The notes under the pieces are model-generated. The model was not told the origin of the DNA. It ran no database searches and saw only the letters and a list, made by a program, of their open reading frames with translations. A stretch of DNA of 59,859 bases, filler included, from Sphacelaria rigidula (lineage: Eukaryota): the NCBI GenBank assembly GCA_964200075.2. It is 8 parts of 8 records of this genome, joined end to end, with 100 filler letters (N's around TTAATTAATTAA, not from the genome) between each part and the next. Parts side by side here need not be neighbours in the genome. Positions count along the whole stretch, not along the records: positions 44,971 to 52,365 come from CAXNAA020015117.1; positions 52,466 to 59,859 come from CAXNAA020015118.1; 6 more parts are not named here. One strand, given 5' to 3'. Positions 50,106 to 59,859 of the stretch are shown here, one piece after another; the first letter of the stretch is position 1, and each line of letters opens with the position of its first letter. Both the position numbers and the translations under genes were made by a program.

Positions 50106-51232
50106 CATGGCCGCCGATATGTATGTGATTGTCTGGACGGGAAATATTACGGGGCACTATGAACGCATTTCAACGCAGATGTAGGTCCCTCCTACCCCCG
50201 CGACCGTACGTACCGCAGAGGCTGCCTTGCGCTCTCCGAGTCTCCATAACGCAAGACATTGTGCGTCTTGATTCATGCTGGTACACACGACTAAGGTCCA
50301 ATATTAGAGAGTTGCGGGAAACGCTTTTTTTTGTCATCTCAGAGTGCAAATATCCCAGGATTACAGTACATAACAAAAACAAGCATCTCATCGAAAAAAA
50401 GTTAAGGGGATACCAGATTTGACGGAGGGGGGGAAAAAATTCGTCACACTCTGATCTTAAGATATTTGAACTCTAAAATAACAAAAAGTGCTTTCCGAAA
50501 GTCTCTATTATCGATTTGTTTTTTCGGAGACCGCAGCATTTTTTCAGCTGTTGGACTCGGCGTTCGGGCTCCACCAGAAACGCAGCGACTGAACCTTTGC
50601 TACGAACCACCAATATTGGACAAGTCTGACTAGTAATATTAAGGACTGCAATCTAGCCACGGAGAGCTGCTCTGTGCGCGCGCGCACCATCGCGCTCAAA
50701 GGCTTTCGAGAGTCATCAATGTCCGAAATGTTTCAGCGATCTCCGAAAAACCTGTGTCGATGATACAGGGCCGAATAGACGTACACATTTCACACCCTGC
50801 ACAATTACTGACTAGTCGGCGGTTGTCTTGCTTGTGTGTTTGTGGCGATAGTTGCTGCCAAACGGTAACTCGCGCGGATTTTCGTGTATGAGGCCTGATG
50901 ACGTGCAACTAGTGACACGAATTTCGGAGTCGGGCGTTTCCCACGGGTGACTGATCGCAGAAACCTATACTCAAATAGTTTCCGGCGGGTGGCTAGTTGT
51001 GCAGGTTCCTCATCCGATAGCCGTCTGCAGGCAAGGTAATCAGTACGCTTCAAGTCAAACAATCTTGGCAGGATGCAATTAACCCTTCATGCGACTCGCC
51101 GAACACGTCACGGCGCTTCGCGCCTGGTGATTGTTTGCGAGCCTGGTCCGGCGAAAACTTGGCGTGCTCCGTTTCGACTTTTCGCAGGGTTGCGACGTCA
51201 ATGATCATATGACTACGGCATGCAAGATCATG

Positions 51233-51234
<2 letters not shown>

Positions 51235-51275
<41 letters not shown>

Positions 51276-51279
51276 ACAC
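51235..51279. repeat. (CA)n microsatellite
   Basis: Directly visible. Confidence 0.95.
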
Positions 51280-51544
51280 GCCCTCGAAAAAATCAGATCG
51301 GATATCTACATATACTGTGCGCTAGAGTGATAATATGTTGGTGATGTATCCCTGAAATGCATTTTGGTCGCTTCTAGCGACCGCTTCCTCTATGGCCGCA
51401 GTTGCGCGGGCGACTTTGCTCTTTCCGTCACGGTTGAGAAAAGAGCAACCTATAACGGCCGGCTGTTCGGCTCCGGGTGTTTAGTGCTCAACAACTCAGT
51501 TAACTTTTCACCGAATACAGCAGCAGTGGCGTAGGTTATTGATT

Positions 51545-51935
51545 TATTAGTTGCCTGTAAGAGCTGGCTGCCCAACATGTATTTCAATTCAGTAGTTGTC
51601 GATAGGACACTGGTTGCCTTGAGCTTTCATTCGCGAGCTATCTGAGGGTAACTAGTTGCCCAGCATTTTCGCCCGGTAGTTGTGTACAGGCAACTAGTCC
51701 CTTCCCGTTTTCAGTTGTCTACAGTAGACAACTAGTTGTCTACCACTTTCATCCAGTAGTTGTCTACAGCAGACTAGGAATTGCCTACCATTTTCATTCA
51801 GTAGTTGTCTGCTGGCAACTAGTTGCCTATCATTTTCATCGAGTAGCTGGATACAGGCAACACGTGGCACAGGAGTACCACCCAGTAGTTGTGCGTGGGA
51901 AACTAGTTGCTTCGGCTTTTTACCCGATATTTGTC
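51545..51935. repeat. Degenerate minisatellite, about 42-bp unit
   Basis: agtagttgtc..caactagttgcc..ttttcat repeated about 9 times. Confidence 0.8.
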
Positions 51936-51937
51936 TG

Positions 51938-52185
51938 AGTCATCATACGATAAGGGGGGGGGGGGTATTTTGGGCCACTTTTTGCACGAAATTCCAAGTC
52001 AAATCGTCGTTAAAAGCAGCGACGGTTGCTCGAACGAGGTTGTTATTGATGAATAACGCTCATTCATACCAATCGACATGGTTTTGAACCAAATACAAGC
52101 GCACCGCGTTTGTGTCAGGTCGCCTGACACAAGTATGAGCCTATTTTTTCGTGCAACCAAATACCCCCCCCCCCTACCGTATGCT
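51938..52185. mobile_element. MITE family D, complete copy
   Basis: catacgataa(G)ntattt ... aaata(C)ntaccgtatg. Confidence 0.8.
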
Positions 52186-52365
52186 ACCGTATGCTCCGTC
52201 TCGAAAGGGATCCGTGGTCAATGGTCGAACGACTAAGGCAAGCAACAAATGAGTAACCCCCCCTCGCACCCCTCATCTCTAGACTCTTGGGTTGGCGTCG
52301 AGTGGCAACGGCCATGTAAAACAAGCCACCAAAACCTAGACAAATGTACAGACTGCCACTGTACA

Positions 52366-52465
52366 NNNNNNNNNNNNNNNNNNNNNNNNNNNNNNNNNNN
52401 NNNNNNNNNTTAATTAATTAANNNNNNNNNNNNNNNNNNNNNNNNNNNNNNNNNNNNNNNNNNNN
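52366..52465. other. Artificial assembly spacer
   Basis: Identical N44-TTAATTAATTAA-N44 spacer. Confidence 0.99.
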
Positions 52466-52634
52466 ATCGCGCTCTCCGTTCGTCACTCATGACAAATTCA
52501 ACGAACATGAGTCCAGCCCTTCCTCAACGTCACACCAGAGTCTTACTCGCGCTTCTGACCGGCGCCGCACACCGAGACTTGGTCACGACCACGTCTCCCG
52601 TTCTGGCAGTTCTAAGGGCAACTCCCAGCAGAGC

Positions 52635-54305
52635 TTGAATTCATCGCGCGTTTCTAGACGTCCAAAGAACGTCACTAATGGTTACACTTATGACGGTAGT
52701 TCACGTCACAGTTCCACTTCATCGCGCGCTCAGAAGCACCCGGTGAATGCTAACCGTGAACGTTCTCACGAGGATGCCTTGTGGCACAGATCAAGTTCTT
52801 CGCGCGTTCACTCGCGCTCGAAAAACACCGATGCACCCTCGCGCACCTCTCCTGCTCCGCATCTGTCACACCGCCGTCATGTACGCAATGATGGCACTGT
52901 ACATGCTGATGATATCCAAAGCATATTTTCAGACATGTCATCGGCTCTGGACTCCTCCGTTGAAGGGTCTGGCCGCACCTCATCGCAAAACCGACGACCC
53001 TGCACTGACCTCGATCAACCATCCCCCTCCGATGCTGCGATTATTCTTTCCCTTCAACAACGCTCGACAGAACTCGAGCAACAACTATCAACCATGGACA
53101 CTACAAGATCCGCTGCCGCTCTCGCCAAAAGTACCACGAAGCCCTCTGGCGTTCCCGCAGCAACCACTGCCGCAACCACTGCAGCTACTGCTACCTCCAC
53201 CGTGGCCGCTGCTCCTTTAACCGCCGCCGCTCCGTCGGCCGTTGACACGGACGCCGATAGTGGTTCCACCACTGCCCCCGTGCGCTCGTCCCTATCCGTG
53301 GAGGTTCTCCCTCCGCTCGACGACGAGCGCTGCCCGACCGGCCTACTTTTAAGGCTGTTCACAAACCGACCCCGTGCGGAACAGCTGCAGCTATTTGATG
53401 ACTATGCACCACAGGCGCCTCCATTAGCACAACATATCCTTGATCAGCAACGCGACGCTGACGCCGCCGCTGTCCACCTCCTTTTGGAGGATCACACAGA
53501 AAATCTCAAGGACCTTCAGCGGCAGGCCTCCCATGCCCAATCTACGAGCACGGCGGCGCAACGAGCGCTGCAGGAGGACCGTACTGCAGCAATGGCGGCC
53601 CAGAGACGGGTCCGCGAGCTCGAAGACCATGTCCGGCGAGCGGCTCAAGAAGCGGACTCGTTGGAGGCGCGCTTATCCGACCATCAAGCCTCTCCGCCTT
53701 CCGCCAACCACTTGCTCAGAGCCCGCCTGCCAACGCCCAACAGGTCGACCTACGCCATGCCACGAAAGTCCGACAGGACGTTGTCTGCTGCAGTTGCTGC
53801 CGCCCCCACGACGCCTCCGACACCGACACCGCATGGAGTTAGCTCGGTGGCGAATGCCGTTTCTGCACAAGACTTGCAACTGGTGTCTCACAAACGAGAG
53901 TGGCTTTCTCGTCCTGTGGCTACCTATACCGGTCCCTTCGAACGCCAAAATCACCTTCATTTCTCCCGCGACGCATGGGCCCTGACCTCACAGCGATTTT
54001 TTTATGCTGTGGGGGTTAACGTCGACCAGAACGGCTTCATCCCCGAAGAGGGCGTCCCGGTGCTCACTTTGAGCCAACTGGTTCTGCAGACAACCATTGG
54101 CAATCACCGGGACCACCAAACTTGCGTTGCCACGGTCATCCACATTTTTGCGGCGCTTCGCGCCGCTTATAACACACATCCCGGCGCCACCATCGACGGA
54201 GACGAAGATGAAGATGAAGATGGATGGACTCCCGCAACATCCGATTGCCGGGGCCAGAAGAAGAATCACAGGCGCGATGACGACGACAACGATGGAGGGA
54301 ATTGA
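52635..54305 (+). CDS. 556-aa low-complexity/coiled-coil ORF at the 5' end of the Gypsy element (gag-like or extra ORF)
   Basis: One of the two longest ORFs in the window; S/R-rich, A/T-rich and Q/E/A coiled-coil segments; no catalytic motif. Confidence 0.55.
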   Translation: MNSSRVSRRPKNVTNGYTYDGSSRHSSTSSRAQKHPVNANRERSHEDALWHRSSSSRVHSRSKNTDAPSRTSPAPHLSHRRHVRNDGTVHADDIQSIFSDMSSALDSSVEGSGRTSSQNRRPCTDLDQPSPSDAAIILSLQQRSTELEQQLSTMDTTRSAAALAKSTTKPSGVPAATTAATTAATATSTVAAAPLTAAAPSAVDTDADSGSTTAPVRSSLSVEVLPPLDDERCPTGLLLRLFTNRPRAEQLQLFDDYAPQAPPLAQHILDQQRDADAAAVHLLLEDHTENLKDLQRQASHAQSTSTAAQRALQEDRTAAMAAQRRVRELEDHVRRAAQEADSLEARLSDHQASPPSANHLLRARLPTPNRSTYAMPRKSDRTLSAAVAAAPTTPPTPTPHGVSSVANAVSAQDLQLVSHKREWLSRPVATYTGPFERQNHLHFSRDAWALTSQRFFYAVGVNVDQNGFIPEEGVPVLTLSQLVLQTTIGNHRDHQTCVATVIHIFAALRAAYNTHPGATIDGDEDEDEDGWTPATSDCRGQKKNHRRDDDDNDGGN

Positions 54306-56077
54306 CGCCGCCGCCATGGCAGTGGGAAATCCTCTTCGGGCGGTTCCGGACCAAAACGCCCGCTGCGCAAACCGCACCGCAAGAACCCCGGAGGTAACTC
54401 GTTTGGTTCATCCGCAACTGGCTGGAACCGGTCTGGCACAGACCTTCCCGCCTCGGGTTCGGCGACCCCCAGGCAAGTGACCCCTAAATCGGCCGATATT
54501 TCGGCCCGCATTTCAGGTTTACCGATACGGACACACCTGACCGTCCTTCGCCTTCTACTGCAGCCCGCGCCTTAGCAACCGCTGCGGCTGACAAAGAACG
54601 TTCCGAAGCTAGCAAAAAAAGAGCTTCCCATAGAGCTGAGTCTGCCCGAGTAGCTTCAATACGGAGACAGTACATTCAGATGGATGTGAAAAAACTCTGG
54701 CACATCAAAACCATGCCTGCTGCGGATAACGAAGATTCGGGCCAATTAACTTCTGCCCTTATCACGTCCATCCGCCGTAATGTTTGTAACATCCTTCACT
54801 TGGCGGATGTGACTGGCACACAACGTTTCGAAGATTCCGACTGGGTAGAGGGCTGGCAGACTCCCTTGCACAAATCAATGTATCGATCGATCAGCCGCCG
54901 CTCTCCTGACGTCGCTGCTTCTTTAACGCAGATTCTCGACGGCTTCCTCGCCGAGATGGACCCCGACCGTGCCAAGGGGAAGACAGCCTCGGTATTACTC
55001 TCTGATTTGGAGAGTCGTTTGATCGGTTACTTTGATGAAAGTGGCCAGGCCAGTGCCATCCAGAGGCTGAGTTTTTGTTGTCGCCTCTGATGTCCCCTTC
55101 GTGGATTATCTCCGCGAATTTAAGCTTTTGGTTTCGGGTACGACGGGTGTCGGACGCCAGAACGGACCGAACGATGCAATGTGTCAGACTTACGTTCGCA
55201 ATAGCGTTGCTCAACAGTACCTCTGATGCCGTCGTTGTTTCCGGGTGTCTTGGAGCATCGCGAGGTGCCTTACGCCTCCGTTGATACTATGTGGTCTGCT
55301 TCTGTACACCAAGAGGGTAATCTAACGCCTGCCATACGTGGCAAACCTTCTACGTCTGTGCGTTCACAACCTACGGTTGTCTCCTCCCCTCATGTCCAAG
55401 GGGCTCGCGGTAGGAATTCGAGCTCGTCTCGCACTTCATGGACCCCCGACTCAGTCGCCGGTTCAGTTATGCATGTTCAGGGTACCAGAGATGTATTTAG
55501 CGCGAGTTTTGATGCTTGGCTGTTTTCCGAGGAAACTTGGGATGCTGTTTATTTGACTTTAACAACGACATTCATAACCGATGACCCCCATTTGTGGAAC
55601 CCACTTCTTTCGTCTTCCGTTAGACGCAATGCCTTCAGCAGTCATGCCAACAGTTGCATCAACTGTAGTGTTCAAAGCCACAGTATGCGCGACTGCGACA
55701 GTCCATGCACCAATGTCTTTGATCTCATGAACCCTGAATTGCAGAACAATGAAACCGCGTGGCGCCGATGGCAAAAACGCATGCGCGACTACCGCCCACC
55801 TAATCAAAATTACCGAAACAATTCGAACCAACGGGATAACGAAGGCTCTAATCGCGCTCACCGACACAGCAGCAATCACGGAAGCCCTCGCCAGAACGAT
55901 CAAAATTCTCGTGACAACAAACGTTCCGCTGATAGACACCAGCGGACGGGACCGACATAAATATCTAATCCCAACACCAGAAACCCTGGTACCTTCACTA
56001 CGGATCGCTTAGATCCATGACGTGCCGACGCCGGCGTTCTTTGGTCTTCCGCGCCGTCGATAGCACGAGCGACGACT

Positions 56078-56297
56078 TTCTCAACACAGCCCGCGGAGCC
56101 CGTGTCTAAAATTGCTCCCTCGACTCCCCCGGCACTATCCAGGAGCGTAACTGACGGCCGTTCAAATCGACCCCCGTCTCTAACCTCCACACAATTTTCA
56201 ACACAGCCCGCAGAGCCGGCGACTAAGATTGTCTACCCGGCTCTCCCGGCACTATGCAGAAGTGCAACTGACGGCCGTTCATATCGACCCCCGTCTT
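56078..56297 (+). repeat. 117-bp (39-codon) tandem duplication between gag knuckle and protease
   Basis: tcaacacagcccgc at 56081 and 56198; both end actgacggccgttca.atcgacccccgtct. Confidence 0.85.
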
Positions 56298-59200
56298 CAC
56301 CCCTCCACACACCGCGTAACAGTTGTGTCACCCCGCGACTCAGACCTACACCCGGCTTTGAGCTTGTGCCGAGTATAAGTTTGAGGTGTGGGAAGACCAA
56401 CCGCCAGTCCCTGAGGCAAAAGCTTCCCTCAGCGACCGCACGCACAGGTAGTAGCAAGCCTTTTTCAGCTGACCCAAGTGTTGCTGATTTGAACTTGACC
56501 ACATCGGATCATGTAATTCCCAATCAGTTGAATCGAGCTCCTTCCCCGCGATTTTCGACACGCATGGGCCTACCTTCGGCCGGTTTTACTAACGACCGCC
56601 CCAAGATATCTTCAGCTATGCCCCAACAGCCAAGCTTGCCTACGGAAAGCGGCCCACAAGTTTCGCTCCGTCATGCCCCGATGCTGACCCCATCCACACA
56701 ACTGGATGTAGTTGTGGGTTCATCCCCAAATGTTTTGGAAGTTCCCCGACTTTTGTCACGGCGAAAGAGAAAGCCTAGTAAGCATGCCCCCAAGGACGCG
56801 CGCGCATCAATGCGTACACCTCTTTCGAGCGGAAATCCTCGACCTCAATCTCTCCAAAATGCGACGACTTTGGGTTCGACGGCTCTAGTAAGTATCCCGG
56901 AAGAAACAAAATCACATAATTCTGACGGCACTACTTCTTCAATCGACGACTCCAGCCCCACACGTTCTGGGTCCCCTTCGATGGTGATCCCTGTCAACCA
57001 AAGATGATCATTTACGAAATCGCCAACGACCTTGCCACACCTGGAAATATTATACCGTCCATGCCCTTCCCTGGTGAGACATCTGACCCACCGGCGGATC
57101 ACTCGCGGTGCGTTTTTACTGTCAGCCCCGCTGATCCTGACCAGTTTACCTTGCCGGAACACGGTCCGGATCTTGTTGGCGGTAACGTGTCTGTAGATCC
57201 TGCCACTTTCAGTACTCGCGTTGCGATACATTCCGGTCCAAACACGATCACGCCTACGGAATGCGTATCCTTGTTGGACAGCGGCAACCCGCAAACATTT
57301 ATTCGAGAATCAACATGAAAACACATGAAACAGACTGGCGCTGCTACTGCAGCTTGCGAAACCACCACCAAACCTCGCGTGTGCGGTTTCGGTGATTTTG
57401 TCGCGCCGCTGACGACACGTATATCCGTACGTCTCAGTGTACAATTCTTTCACAACACCACTCACTCGATCTGCCAGCCTGGCAGTCTGGGCATACATTG
57501 TCCCCGACAGCACAATGCATCACGCCATATTATTGGGCAGAGATAACTACATGCGATTGAATAAACTCACCTACCGCACGCTTCCACCACTAATGCCACA
57601 TTCCACGCCGCGTGGAGAATTGAACTTCGAGCACTTCGGTACTCTCCACGGCGCCCTGGCTCATCACAAGAATCCTCAAGCAACCGGAGCTGCTTACCAC
57701 CTACGATGTGAGGGTAGTGTGGGTATTACACTCTTCGACGACCCCCAACTTCTTGAAGTTGCACTTGTTCGCCGAAATGGCATGCCAGCACTTACGGGTC
57801 ATTATCTTGCCGAAATGTTACCCCGCATTGGCGCTTCAGCCGACACAGAACATTTTGTGTCGGCGGGACAACAACTCCTCCCTCTTACGGGAAATGCTAA
57901 CTTTGAACCCGGCGATGTTTTAGGAATCGCCGCTGCTCGCCTGATGCACATTACACTCCAGACGTGCGTCACAGAGCCTGCCGCGCCAAACGCCACATCT
58001 CCGGCGGAATCAATCCATTGCGTCGATGAATCCTATTTCGACCTCGCCTCTGCGACTCCACCCCAGGTCCACACCGTGAATCCTGCCCAGTGAAAATCCG
58101 ATCCTCCTGCTGAAGTGCTTCAACGCCTATCACCAGATTCTCGGAATAGTTTCTTGCACATGTGGAACCAACTGCCGCCACACATGCGCGACATCAATTT
58201 TGACCTTCATGGGCCCGGCTGGGAACCGGCAGTCATCCGAGAACTCCGTGATGTTCTGCTACAGTACCAAGACCGATTTTCCCGATCCAAGACGGATCTT
58301 GGGCATTGCAAAACACCGCCCTTTGAGGTTACCCTCCAACCCGGTGTCTCGCCGATTTCTTCTCGGCCATACCGTACCAACCCAATTCTTACCAAGAAAG
58401 TTAACGCCATCTTGGATGCGTATCTGGGAGCGGGACTAATACAACATGTCTCCTCTCCGCTCCTTGTGGTCATCCCCAAAAAGGATGGAAACATACGCAT
58501 AACCGTGAACTATCAACGGTTGAACCGCGTCACTGTAGTCGGTAAACTTCCAATTCCCCGCATTCATGAAGTTTTCGACTCCTTAGGCGAAGGAAAAATA
58601 CTCAGCACCTTCGACCTCGCTTCTGGATTTTCCAGAATGCTATACACCCTGACACAGTCCCACTGGCGGATTTTTGTACCTTGTCTGGACTCTGTAAGTG
58701 GCTTCGAATGCCACAAGGTGCCGCCACTGTTCCGGGATGCTTTCAACGCTTAATGCAACGCGTCACAGAGGGCCTCGAGCACATCATCATGTACCTGGAT
58801 GACTCTATCGCTTTCGATGCCTCACCTATTGCACATACACGCACTCTACGACAATTTCTCTCTCGCCTACGCACGCACGATTTGAAACTGTCTCCATCCA
58901 AGCTCACCTTGGTGAGACTGACTTGGATTTCTTGGGGCATTTCATTTTGCCGGCAGGCCTACATCCAGATACAAAGTCAAGGCGATAACTGATTTGCCTA
59001 TGCCAACTAAAATTTCTCAACTTCGCTCATTGTTGGGCGGGCTATCCTACTACCGCAATTTTTTGCCGAATTTATCTAAACGGATTCGCCCCCTTACTGA
59101 GCTACTCAAGAAAGGAGCCGTGTTTTCTTTCACAACCGAAATGGAAAATATCATCACCCGAGCATTACTAAAGACGCTTATCGAAAAGCCCGTACTTTGC

Positions 59201-59859
59201 TTTCCTGATTGGAAGGCAGTACAAGATGGATCTCGCCTTTTCCAACTCCACACTGACGCCAGCATAAACGGAATTGGAGGAGTTTTTAATCAACCTCAGG
59301 TTGATGGCTCCGTCCGACCCATCCTTTATATTAGCCGCGCTACCCTGCCCAACGAGGCCAATTGGAGCCCGCTAGAACTGGAAGGCGGAGTAAACGCTTG
59401 GGCCATTAAACGCCTTCGACAATATCTGTTTTACGTGCTCTTCGAGATCTGTACGGATCACGGAGCAGTTGAACAACTCGCCAAGGTTGGCGAACACAAC
59501 CGTCGTGTACAACGATGGTTGGAGTTTCTACCAGCATTCCAGTATACCATCAAGCACCGTCCAGGCAAAACCAACGGAAACGCTGATCTTCTTTCCCGCC
59601 TACCTCTGCCGCCTACGGCCGCAGATTCCAGCCCGGCTTGCCGTTTAACGCAACCCGATGAACCTGCTATTTACGCGATTAGACGTTTTTCAACGCCCGT
59701 TTACGCCCTCGACCTCCAGTGCCTGGAAAACGGTATGCATATGGGAGGACTTCGCCCTCTACCATATAACTGTGGATCCTGAAGAATGGGGTTCATACAA
59801 AATATGGGGTTGAAGTAGCATTTCTTTTTTGCAGGGATGACGCGAAACACTTGCGACCG

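Larger units (their letters stand above)
52466..59765 (+). mobile_element. Decayed Ty3/Gypsy element (5' part: long gag-like region, PR, RT, RH), same family as contig 4
   Basis: CCHC knuckle CINCSVQSHSMRDC 55655-55696; LLDSG protease (DSG 57277-57285); YLDD 58792-58803; RH TDAS..TDH..NADLLSR; colinear with 29460-27030; frameshifts and stops. Confidence 0.95.

Noticed and set aside
23115..59859. Contigs 4 and 8 as two halves of one insertion or an active element
   Set aside because: They overlap across PR-RT-RH, are clearly diverged, and both contain stops and frameshifts
1..59859. Endogenous phaeovirus or prokaryotic defence/operon system
   Set aside because: No dense intronless gene run and no recognisable viral or bacterial core genes

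Overview
Eukaryotic, repeat-rich DNA, almost certainly from a brown alga (Phaeophyceae). The evidence is an intron-split mannuronan C5-epimerase, a brown-algal-type 5S rRNA fragment and TTAGGG-type repeats. The window is not one locus. It is eight contigs of 7395 bp (the last is 7394 bp) joined by seven identical 100-bp artificial spacers (N44-TTAATTAATTAA-N44), so neighbourhood across spacers means nothing. Host coding sequence: seven in-phase exons of a mannuronan C5-epimerase with the YGFDPHDD motif (contig 6), one GLRX3/GRXS17-like thioredoxin exon (contig 2), one sulfotransferase-like exon (contig 7) and weaker candidate exons (contigs 3 and 5). Mobile DNA dominates. It includes two decayed copies of one Ty3/Gypsy family (contigs 4 and 8; the contig-4 integrase ends in a chromodomain plus a second Tudor-like module), a Gypsy 3' end/LTR, a decayed CRE-clade non-LTR element, two tRNA-derived SINE families, a cluster of 5S-rRNA-derived repeats, and many MITE/foldback families, two of which carry internal telomere-like repeats. 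I found no convincing intact new multi-gene system. The best leads are the double-reader integrase, the 5S-derived composite repeat and the telomere-repeat MITEs. Most short ORFs in the supplied track are spurious. All calls were made by eye, without database searches.
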